From NCBI GenBank assembly GCA_963784575.1, contig CAWARU010000001.1, positions 2,375,244 through 2,439,243 on the forward strand: DNA of 64,000 bases, in the 5' to 3' direction. Shown here piece after piece: positions 20,468 through 28,818 of this stretch. Position 1 is the stretch's first letter. The number at the start of each line of letters is the position of its first letter. This stretch comes from an uncultured Gammaproteobacteria bacterium (GTDB lineage: Bacteria; Pseudomonadota; Gammaproteobacteria; UBA6186; Azoamicaceae). Under the pieces are notes generated by a model. That model worked only from the letters and a program-made list of their open reading frames with translations. It had not been told where the DNA came from and did not search any database. Both the position numbers and the translations under genes were made by a program.

Positions 20468-20540
20468 GATTAGGTGATTAGGTGATTAGGTGATTAGGTG
20501 ATTAGGTGATTAGGTGATTAGGTGATTAGGTGATTAGGTG
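20468..20540. repeat. Octanucleotide tandem repeat (GATTAGGT) x9 plus 1 nt
   Basis: Nine perfect head-to-tail units were counted directly. They lie 178-250 bp upstream of the start of the 948-aa gene. Confidence 0.95.
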
Positions 20541-20892
20541 CCCATCATTGGATTTAGCAGATGAAGTGAAGCAGCTGCAACTTCCTTTTGAATGCGAATA
20601 CCTGCTATGGAAATTGGTTTCAATGGACAGAGCACTGTATCAACTGGAAATGTTCGGATATATGCTAAATGTTCAGAAATCTTCCATAACTAGAATTTAC
20701 ATAATCAGACATGAAGATTCTTCGGAAGGGTTTCTGTCAGGATCGCCACCAAGTGCTTCAATTTTCGACTTTAATGTTCTCTCTTTTTGGTTCCCATTGT
20801 TCACATTGACAGCATGACGCAATGGTGTATCCCCATCGCAATCTACTTGGTGGTATCCAAGAGGAGCCCGGTTTTTCGGAAGCGGGACTATG

Positions 20893-21747
20893 TTAATATT
20901 TATCAGCCATTGAGTTACCCATTGAGTCATTTGTTACTTTTTTCCAAACGATAATCATACCATCTGCAGAACCGCTTGCAAAATGTTGTTCATCAAGTGC
21001 GAGTAAGCAAATCACTTCTCGGCTATGGCCTTGAAGCGTTTGTATACAATTAGAACCTTGCCAAATTCGAATTGTTGTATCATAACTTGCACTGACCAAT
21101 TTCCCATCGGCTAATACAATCAGGGCTCTTACTGCACCGGTGTGGCCTGTTAATATTTGTGGAACACTTTTATTCCAAACTCGAATAGTCCGGTCATGTG
21201 AACCACTTATTAAGATTCCCTCGGGGCTTTCTGTTAAAGCATATATTGGTTCTGTATGCCCGTAAAGTGTAGCAACATTTCGATAACCATCCCATAATTT
21301 GATAGTGGCGTCTCTAGATGTGCTCGCTAATAATTTCCTAGATAAAAATATTAAGTTTTGTATGGGTGCGTCGTGGGCTTGCATGCTATGAATAAGACCA
21401 TTTTGATTCCAAAACTTAATTGTCCTATCGTGTGAGCCACTGATAATCAATCCATCGTTCACGGTTAATGCAGAAATATAATCAGAGTGACCAATTAAGG
21501 TTTTTTCACATTTGCCAGCAGCCCATATCTTGATTGTGTTGTCTTCAGAGCCGCTGACAATACAATTGCCAAGAGACTTCACTGAAAAAACACCTTTTTT
21601 GTGTCCCTTAAGTGTTAAAACACGATTTCCTTGATACCAAAATTTAATTGTTTTATCAGCCGAGCTGCTGATTAAATAATTAGAATTATAACATAAGCTA
21701 AAGACACCCATTAAGTGTCCTAAATATTTCTTGTATATTTCAAACAC
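20893..21747 (-). CDS. Seven-bladed WD40 repeat protein (stand-alone beta-propeller)
   Basis: Seven units of GH-x-V...D-x-TI(K/R)-x-W (DKTIKFW, DNTIKIW, DRTIKFW, DATIKLW, DRTIRVW, DTTIRIW, DGMIIVW). Confidence 0.85.
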   Translation of the reverse strand: MFEIYKKYLGHLMGVFSLCYNSNYLISSSADKTIKFWYQGNRVLTLKGHKKGVFSVKSLGNCIVSGSEDNTIKIWAAGKCEKTLIGHSDYISALTVNDGLIISGSHDRTIKFWNQNGLIHSMQAHDAPIQNLIFLSRKLLASTSRDATIKLWDGYRNVATLYGHTEPIYALTESPEGILISGSHDRTIRVWNKSVPQILTGHTGAVRALIVLADGKLVSASYDTTIRIWQGSNCIQTLQGHSREVICLLALDEQHFASGSADGMIIVWKKVTNDSMGNSMADKY

Positions 21748-21748
21748 T

Positions 21749-23134
21749 TTATTTAAACATTTCTTTTATATAACGAAATACTGCCCTTATTGCCATCGTC
21801 TGGCCTCCTTCTTCTCTACCAAGCGTGTTTTGAGTATTCCAGGCCATAAAATCAAAATGTACCCAAGGAATGTTTTCTAACACAAATTCATTCAGAAATA
21901 ATCCAGCCATAATTGCTCCAGCATAGGGAGAAGATCCTGTTGAATTTATCTCACAAATATTGTTCTCCAAATATTTCTTGTAGGGTTTATAGAGAGGGAG
22001 TTGCCATAGAGGATCATTTTCTTGTTTCCCGTATTCCATTAATGTTTGTGCAAGAGTTTCGTTATTTGACATGAAAGCAGAAATTTCAGTGCCGACAGCA
22101 GCCAATGCTGCACCAGTGAGAGTTGAAAAATCTATCAATAATTGGGGTTTTTCACTACAAGCTTCTGTTAATGCATCGGATAGAATTAATCTACCTTCTG
22201 CATCAGTACTGCCAACTTCGACTTTTATTCCCTTACGAGTTGTGATGATGTCACCTCTTTTATAAGCATTGCCTGAGATAACATTATCTACAGCTGGTAT
22301 TAATAAGCGCAATCGTATTGGAAGATTTGCAGCCATAATCAAATACCCTAGACCAAGCGCATGAGCTGCACCTGCCATGTCTTTTTTCATTAAATTCATA
22401 TCATCGGAACGTTTTAAGTCAAGTCCGCCAGAGTCAAAACAAACACCTTTACCGACTAAGGTGACTTTAGGATTTTCAGGGTCTCCCCAAGTAATATCGA
22501 TTAAACAGGGAGTTCGACTGCTGGAACGACCCACCATAAATATACTGGGATAATTTTCAAGCAGCAGTTCACGATCTTTAACTATTTTAATTTGAGCATC
22601 AAAACGTGATGTAATGTCCTTCGAGGTATGTGCAATCTCTTCAGGACCCATGTCTTCGCTCGGTGTATTGATAAGATCTTGTATCAGGTATACTGCCTTC
22701 ACCATGTTTTCTATAGAATTATAATCTAGATCGTTTGAAATAAAAATTTTAGGATATAATTGCGGAATATTTTTGTATTTTTCGAATCGATAAGCACCTA
22801 TACCCCAAAATGTGAGGGCTTTTCTCATAAAATCTCAATCAGCGCCTTGTCAATCGAGGATGTAATGACCTTCGCCAAGAACATTAGGCAATATAGAATA
22901 TGATGTCACATCATAAAGATGCTCTATTCCAAACAAAATCTTGTCGGGTTTGCCATGATCATCTGGAATTAAACAATAACTACCCGCTCTCCCATCATAG
23001 CGAGTTTTTTGAATCCATACTTTGGTGCTATAAGTTTGTTCGTTTAGCCATTCTTCAAATTCTTGTTTTGTCAAAGGGATAATTGGGATACTCTCTTCTA
23101 GTGTTTTTGTAAAGCAATTAAGTTCCTTTAACAT
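21749..23134 (-). pseudogene. M17 leucyl aminopeptidase family protein interrupted by two in-frame TGA codons
   Basis: ORFs 22850-23134 (N-terminal domain) and 21749-22828 (catalytic domain, GSTDAEGRL motif) are in the same frame. The junction reads ..HYILD*QGAD*DFMRKALTFWG.. Confidence 0.6.
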
Positions 23135-23290
23135 GACTTTTCCTATTTAAAACTTTCGTTCAGTGTCGACATAAATAATATCATGATTAGAGAGGATTTG
23201 ATGCCTACTGATATCATTTAAAGATAAAGAATTAGGTGATTAGATAACTATCTTGAATGCAAAGAATATAAAAAACTACTGAAATTACTA

Positions 23291-23319
23291 TTGATTTTCT
23301 AACTTTACTTAAATAATAT
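23291..23319 (+). promoter_or_regulatory. Sigma70-like promoter upstream of the precursor peptide gene
   Basis: TTGATT (23291-96), a 17-nt spacer, then TAATAT (23314-19), about 40 nt upstream of the ATG at 23359. Confidence 0.35.
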
Positions 23320-23358
23320 TAAATTGTCTAAATAAATGAGTAAACCCAGGGAGGAGAC

Positions 23359-23544
23359 ATGAACGATCGCGAAGTTGATATGAAAAATCTAACAGACTCA
23401 AGCACTTCTTCAGATAATAGCCTGACCTCAATAAGTTGTACCGAGGATCCAGGCGTTATAGTTTATGAAAAACCAAGTTTTGTTTTCTGTGATGAACATC
23501 CATCTGGAAAGCTTGGGGCAAATAATTGCTGCAGTAAATGTTAG
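23359..23544 (+). CDS. Putative RiPP precursor peptide (61 aa, Cys-rich C-terminal core)
   Basis: A strong SD GGGAGGAG lies 3 nt upstream of the ATG. The leader is Ser/Thr/Asp-rich. Cys residues sit at positions 27, 44, 57, 58 and 61 (..NNCCSKC*). The gene lies directly upstream of two RRE-fused radical-SAM genes. Confidence 0.6.
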   Translation: MNDREVDMKNLTDSSTSSDNSLTSISCTEDPGVIVYEKPSFVFCDEHPSGKLGANNCCSKC

Positions 23545-23559
23545 AATGAGTTCTATAAA

Positions 23560-23592
23560 CTGGGGAATATCAATACCCTTGATATTCCCCAG
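23560..23592 (+). terminator. Perfect 14-bp stem hairpin just after the precursor gene (attenuator/partial terminator candidate)
   Basis: ctggggaatatcaa (23560-73), loop taccc, ttgatattccccag (23579-92). It begins 16 nt after the stop codon. The trailing sequence is only moderately T-rich. Confidence 0.45.
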
Positions 23593-23615
23593 TTCATCAT
23601 TTAACTTGGCAAACA

Positions 23616-23790
23616 TAACTGTTCAGGCACAGGAGATTCGCTTTGGAAAAACGTCCAGATTTGAGGCAAGGTTGCTTTAAAAATTCAACAAAACAGCGGA
23701 GTTTACACATAGTAAATGAGCAATTTTTGTTGAATTTTTAATGCGAGATTGCCCAAAGATGGGCGTTCCAGGGCAGTGCGGGAACGATTG
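23616..23790. repeat. About 175-bp palindromic (MITE/REP-like) element, full-length copy
   Basis: The imperfect outer arms 23616-23676 and 23745-23790 are reverse-complementary. A perfect 17-bp inner stem pairs 23677-93 with 23725-41. Arm sequences recur at 54562-54607, 44001-44012 and 57924-57937. Confidence 0.6.
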
Positions 23791-23815
23791 CAGGAAATCT
23801 ACTGAAGGACGCTTT

Positions 23816-25195
23816 ATGTCAGAAACTACTATCAGCTTTAATCACAAGGAAGTTGCCTTTAGGAACCTTTACAACACTGGTATGTTGATGTATAAGGGTG
23901 ATTTATATGAAGTTGAAAAGCTGGGTTTAGATCTTATATCTAAAATAAAAAATAAAAATACGACTATTGCCGAACTCGGACATTATATAAGTCAAAAATA
24001 CAATATTAGCATTGAAAACTCGATAGAAGATGTATCCGTTTTCATAAATGCGCTTTTTGAGACCGGTCTCATATTAATCGATGGTAAAAAAGTAATTATA
24101 AAATCGAACGGTCAGATCACAGATGAAAAAAATAGAATGAAAAGAAACGATGAGTTTGGATACTCAAAGTGTTGGGCGCTTGCGAAAAGAAATCAGGTAC
24201 CACTTAAATGTAAATTTAATACCACTTATCGTTGTAATATTGCTTGCAAATATTGCTATAACGGAGAAAGACCTGGTATTCCAGGCGGCGATAATTATGC
24301 TAAAAAAACAGAATTATCATTAACAGAAATAGATAATCTGTTCCAAGAAATGTATGGTTTAGGGACATTTTTCTTTGATTTTGCGGGAGGCGAGCCTTTT
24401 GCAAGACAGGATTTTGATGAAATTTTATCTTTGACAGATAAGTATGAATTTGCGGTTGAAATTTCAACCAATGGCACTTATGTGAAAGAGGATGTTGCTA
24501 AAAGGTTATCAGAACACCGAATTCAACTCGTTGTTGTATCTATGTTTAGCCCAAATTCTAGCATTCACGACGCTTTTACTCAAGTAGATGGTACATTCAA
24601 ACGTGCCTGTAATGGAATAGAGTTATTGCTAAAACATGGAATTGAAGTGGGCGTTAGATGTTCCATAAATAAATCAAATTTCGCACAATGGAAAGAGTTA
24701 AGAAATTTAGTATTGGGCTGGGGGGCCAGGTATTTTCCACATACTCAGGTACATTTATCAAGTGATCGCAAAGTAGATACGCGTCATTTACGCTTAGACA
24801 ACGATCAACTCAAAGAAATCTTTGATGAAGGAATAACATTAAATGAGAATCAAAGATGTGAAGTCGGTTTTGCGCGGGTTGATATTATGCCAAACGGTGA
24901 TGTTGCTCTCTGCTCGTTACTTACCCATCCCCTAGGAAATATTCGAGAACAATCGTTTGAAACAATATGGAAAGAATCTAAAAATTTAAATACTGTCAGA
25001 ACACTCTTAGGAGGAGAAGTAAATAGTTGTTCTGGTTGTAAGTCTTTCGGTGAAGATGTCTACAGGTGTACCGCTGATGCGTTGTTTGATGATGGTGCAT
25101 TTAACGTTCCTTCTTCAGAAGCCATTCGAGTAATTCGAGCATATGAAAACACAGCAAAACAGTCCTCTCATGGAGAACTTAGCAAACAAGCTTGA
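23816..25195 (+). CDS. Radical SAM peptide maturase with N-terminal PqqD-like RRE and C-terminal SPASM/twitch-type Cys motifs
   Basis: ATG at 23816 (MSETTISF). About 90-aa PqqD-like domain, CX3CX2C (CNIACKYC), GGEP, CX12GX4C (CEVGFARVDIMPNGDVALC) and CSGC-x9-C. Confidence 0.85.
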   Translation: MSETTISFNHKEVAFRNLYNTGMLMYKGDLYEVEKLGLDLISKIKNKNTTIAELGHYISQKYNISIENSIEDVSVFINALFETGLILIDGKKVIIKSNGQITDEKNRMKRNDEFGYSKCWALAKRNQVPLKCKFNTTYRCNIACKYCYNGERPGIPGGDNYAKKTELSLTEIDNLFQEMYGLGTFFFDFAGGEPFARQDFDEILSLTDKYEFAVEISTNGTYVKEDVAKRLSEHRIQLVVVSMFSPNSSIHDAFTQVDGTFKRACNGIELLLKHGIEVGVRCSINKSNFAQWKELRNLVLGWGARYFPHTQVHLSSDRKVDTRHLRLDNDQLKEIFDEGITLNENQRCEVGFARVDIMPNGDVALCSLLTHPLGNIREQSFETIWKESKNLNTVRTLLGGEVNSCSGCKSFGEDVYRCTADALFDDGAFNVPSSEAIRVIRAYENTAKQSSHGELSKQA

Positions 25196-26321
25196 GGACT
25201 CCTGGTTTTTTGAGGAAGTAAGATTGTATCAAAAATCCGATGATGATAGGCTAACAGAATTGTATATAAAGTGTGGAATGTTAGCAGAGGATGGCAAAGA
25301 CGCTCCTATATTTCTAAGAAGCCATCATTTGGCTGATCTTGTCTTGGTAGTAGATAGAGGGTTTGGTGCTGAGGCAGTTATTTGTTTTATAAAGAGATCT
25401 TCCTCCGTCCTCTGGGCATACAATCTGGTTTATGATAAAGCCATTAAAAAACAAAGCAAAACAACAAATCTTTGGAAAACTGCCTTTAGGATTGCTAAAG
25501 AACAAAAGGTAGATTGGCTGACTGCTCAGCCTATGGCAAGGAAATCTGAAGCCCTTCAAAGATATTTTCATTATTATGGTTGGTTTTCATATGCAGACGA
25601 TGAAATAATAAATCCTTTGCCATTATGCTATAAGATTTGGCAAAAATTTGACCTTAACCCAATGCTTCCGAACCGAATGTCCTTTACTAAGGAAAGTTTT
25701 ATCATAGAAAATGTAAATTCAAGAATTATTATTAATAAAAAAGACAATAATTTATCAAGTTTTTTAGGGAAACAGGAAATTATATATAACGAAAATGTTG
25801 CAGATATTAATGTGTTATTTTCTAATGTCGATGCACAACCCCAACACCTACAAAATTTGCGATTTTTTCAATCCAATGGCGCCATTTCTCTTTTAAAATC
25901 TGGTTTTAGTTTGTTACAACCTTGGTGGACTTCTATCAGTACCGAAGAATTAGTACTTCCAGCAAGAGATTTTTGGCCTTGGGATGAAATTTTGAATCAG
26001 AATCATCAAATAGAATTTATCCAACATGATGGTGAATTAAAAAATAGACTTAACATTTTACAACTGAGTAAAATAGAATTTCAATTTCAATTCAGAGGAA
26101 ATCCGTCCTCTTCATATACCAGATTGTTGTTTGAGAGTTATAATAAGCCGATCGTAAGAGAAGGCGAAATCGAGATAGGGGACAGCATCCTAAATTTTGG
26201 TGAATTAGCATATAATGTCATCTATTTGAAATGTAATAGTGTTTGGCGGACATTTGTCTTTGTTTGTAAAGGTACTTTTAATCTTGATGTAAGTGTAAGG
26301 AAACAGTATGAGCTGCATTAA
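25170..26321 (+). CDS. Hypothetical protein, possible N-terminal GNAT-like fold, unknown C-terminal domain
   Basis: Overlaps the upstream stop (25195) and the downstream start (26308), so it is translationally coupled within the operon. Similarity to GNAT (..ALQRYFHYYGWF) is weak. Confidence 0.55.
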   Translation: MENLANKLEDSWFFEEVRLYQKSDDDRLTELYIKCGMLAEDGKDAPIFLRSHHLADLVLVVDRGFGAEAVICFIKRSSSVLWAYNLVYDKAIKKQSKTTNLWKTAFRIAKEQKVDWLTAQPMARKSEALQRYFHYYGWFSYADDEIINPLPLCYKIWQKFDLNPMLPNRMSFTKESFIIENVNSRIIINKKDNNLSSFLGKQEIIYNENVADINVLFSNVDAQPQHLQNLRFFQSNGAISLLKSGFSLLQPWWTSISTEELVLPARDFWPWDEILNQNHQIEFIQHDGELKNRLNILQLSKIEFQFQFRGNPSSSYTRLLFESYNKPIVREGEIEIGDSILNFGELAYNVIYLKCNSVWRTFVFVCKGTFNLDVSVRKQYELH

Positions 26322-27621
26322 TAATCATGTTCTTGCAATGCAAAAGCTTGGAGAGGTCTGGTTTGTAAAGCATATTCCAAGTAGAAGATTTTTTGAATTT
26401 TCGAATACTTTAGGGATACTTTGGGAGTGCTTACTGTCAACGCAAAGTATCAATGACGCCAAAGAAAAATTTGAAAGAAAATTTCCTTCTGTAAAAGAAG
26501 TTGGGGATGATTTTGTTGATGCGATAAAGCAACTAGAAAAATACGGGTTACTTAACAATAATAATTTACGTGACAATAAAATAGTTGGTTCAAACTCGGC
26601 TTCACACACTTTGAATGATATAGGAAGCATACAAAAGAAAATGGCTTCTATAAGTAGAAAAACCAACAGACCACTTTTGGCAGAGTATGAAATGACTTAT
26701 CGATGTAATTTACGCTGCGTCTATTGCTATCAACCCAATTATTTAAAACATGCGAAAATAAATGAGTTAACAAAAGAAGAAATTACTGTAATGTTGCAAG
26801 ATTTTTCAAAGTCTGGTTTATTTTTCTTTAATGTCACTGGAGGTGAATGTACGTTAATGCCGAATTTTCCTCATGTTATTGAAGAAGCCAGAAAACTCCA
26901 TTTGGATTTAACAGTACTTACTAATGCAACAGCCATAAAACCTCATATATTAGATTTATTTAGCGAATATGAAATTTCAGAGATCAAAGTAAGCATCTAT
27001 GGTTCCTCAGCAGAGACTTATAAAAAGTTTACTGGGTTTGAATCTGGTTTTAACAAAGTAGTAAATAATCTAAAAAAAATGAAGGAAGCAAATTTAAATG
27101 TGACAGGCAAAATCATTGTAACTTCTTACCAGGAAAAAGAGTATAAAGAGACTGTACGATTGCTGCAGGATCTTGATATAAACATTGAAGTTAATAGTCA
27201 TATAATGCCAGCTATGGATGGTGATTTATATCCTCTGGAGTTTCGTCCGCAATCTTCTACGCTCAAAGAACTTATGGAAACAGGATATATTGACATTGAG
27301 GGGGGCTGTAGGGCTTGCACAGCGGGCACTCTAAAATTTCGTATAACGCCTGATGGTTCTGTCAATGCATGTGAATTAACACGTGAAACGCTTGGCAATA
27401 TTCGCCAAGGCAATATTTTGGATATTTTAAATTCTTCTAAGTCCAAATCAGTCAAAAATGAGGTTTGGCAAGCGATCAAAAGTCAGGATAAAGAAAAAGT
27501 CTGGGCATTGCCTTGTCCTGCTATTGGAAAGATGGAGGAAGGAAGTTGGGTCGAGCCCTCTAAAGAGGCCATGAGATGGACTAATATTGCGATTGAACTT
27601 AAGGAACATGGTATTGCTTAA
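26308..27621 (+). CDS. Second radical SAM peptide maturase with N-terminal PqqD-like RRE and a twitch-like auxiliary-cluster motif
   Basis: CX3CX2C (CNLRCVYC), GGEC, CX12GX4C (CTAGTLKFRITPDGSVNAC). The N-terminal ~100 aa resemble PqqD (..DDFVDAIKQLEKYGLL). Confidence 0.85.
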   Translation: MSCINNHVLAMQKLGEVWFVKHIPSRRFFEFSNTLGILWECLLSTQSINDAKEKFERKFPSVKEVGDDFVDAIKQLEKYGLLNNNNLRDNKIVGSNSASHTLNDIGSIQKKMASISRKTNRPLLAEYEMTYRCNLRCVYCYQPNYLKHAKINELTKEEITVMLQDFSKSGLFFFNVTGGECTLMPNFPHVIEEARKLHLDLTVLTNATAIKPHILDLFSEYEISEIKVSIYGSSAETYKKFTGFESGFNKVVNNLKKMKEANLNVTGKIIVTSYQEKEYKETVRLLQDLDINIEVNSHIMPAMDGDLYPLEFRPQSSTLKELMETGYIDIEGGCRACTAGTLKFRITPDGSVNACELTRETLGNIRQGNILDILNSSKSKSVKNEVWQAIKSQDKEKVWALPCPAIGKMEEGSWVEPSKEAMRWTNIAIELKEHGIA

Positions 27622-27636
27622 TATAACAAAAAAAAT

Positions 27637-28818
27637 ATGCCGTTAAAAAACTTGGAATTATTAGTCTTCAAGCTAATTGCTCTGATAGATTCTTTAAGTT
27701 TTGCAATCATTCTTCCATGCCTACCTTATTTTGCGATGAAATTTGGTGCGACTCCCTTAGAAATCACTGGTTTGACAGCCATTTATTACCTGGGTTTTTT
27801 CATATCTGTTCCTATTATTGGCTATTTGATAGATAAACAATTTATCGAAAAAAAATTATTACTTTTTACAATAAATGGCATCATATTTTCTTACGTAGTC
27901 CTACTTGTATCCAAAAATGTATTCTTAATATATGTTGCGCGATTTATTATGGGTTTAATGTCAGGAAATTTATGTATTTTGCAAGTTGCTATTACCAATT
28001 TATCGAAAAAAGAAGAGCTGACTGAAAATTTTGCTGCCCTTTCTGTATTTGGAAATATAGGTGATATTTTAGGAATGGGAATGTGTATCAGTCTGCCATT
28101 TATTTTTCAAGAGGATTTGGTTTATCAAAATATTTTTCTTTTTTCTATAATAATTAACTTCCTGATTTCTTTCGCACTTATTAAGTGCGTTCGTAGATCA
28201 ATACCAAAAAAAAACCAGGTCCAAAAGGTGCAGGATTTTTCATGGAAGAATATTAATTTAAATATATTATCTTATTTATTTTTTAACTTTTCATTAATGA
28301 GTATTTCTTCCGTACTTCCACTATTAGTTTATGAAAAATTTGGCTTTACCACCCAAGCCCTTGCGGCATTATTTTTATTGTATATAATGGTTGGTACTCT
28401 GGCTCAAAAGCTGGTGCTTAGAGGATCTATTGAAAATAATAAGTTGGCTATAGTTTTATCCTGCTATTCATTATGTTTTATCTCTTGCATGCTCTTTGAA
28501 AAGGCAAATAGTCCTATTGTATTCATAATACTCTGTATTATCTTTTCTGTAGGCGTATATTTACTTTCGCCATTAATTCTTTTCAATATAGCAAGTTCAT
28601 CACTTAACTCTGGTAGAACGGGTGTAATAATGGGAATTTCGGACTGCACAAAAGCTTTGGCAACAATTGTCGCATCTATTTCTTCTGGGTTTTTGTACCA
28701 AAATTATTCTGAAAACATAGTTTTTTATACCAGCGGTGCCTTATTGCTTCTCAGTTTTTTCTTCTACATAAGTTATTCGAAACCCTATTTTTTGTTCAGG
28801 AAAATATATGACAAATGA
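27637..28818 (+). CDS. MFS transporter (probable exporter)
   Basis: 393 aa, about 12 hydrophobic helices, in the same operon. Confidence 0.8.
   Translation: MPLKNLELLVFKLIALIDSLSFAIILPCLPYFAMKFGATPLEITGLTAIYYLGFFISVPIIGYLIDKQFIEKKLLLFTINGIIFSYVVLLVSKNVFLIYVARFIMGLMSGNLCILQVAITNLSKKEELTENFAALSVFGNIGDILGMGMCISLPFIFQEDLVYQNIFLFSIIINFLISFALIKCVRRSIPKKNQVQKVQDFSWKNINLNILSYLFFNFSLMSISSVLPLLVYEKFGFTTQALAALFLLYIMVGTLAQKLVLRGSIENNKLAIVLSCYSLCFISCMLFEKANSPIVFIILCIIFSVGVYLLSPLILFNIASSSLNSGRTGVIMGISDCTKALATIVASISSGFLYQNYSENIVFYTSGALLLLSFFFYISYSKPYFLFRKIYDK

Noticed and set aside
20468-20540. Possible CRISPR array.
   Set aside because: The units are contiguous 8-mers with no spacers, and there are no cas genes. 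This is a simple tandem repeat.
20530-20930. ORFs 20530-20817 (+) and 20697-20930 (-), the latter with an ANK-like stretch.
   Set aside because: The plus ORF starts inside the octamer array. The minus ORF overlaps the WD40 gene 3-prime end out of frame and has no start context. It is treated as an ankyrin gene remnant, mentioned in a finding only.
23741-23815. Tracked N-terminal extension (MRDCPKMGVPGQCGNDCRKSTEGRF) of the first radical-SAM protein.
   Set aside because: These codons are encoded by the right arm of the palindromic repeat, which is also present in non-coding context at 54562-54607. They lack an SD, so ATG 23816 is preferred.
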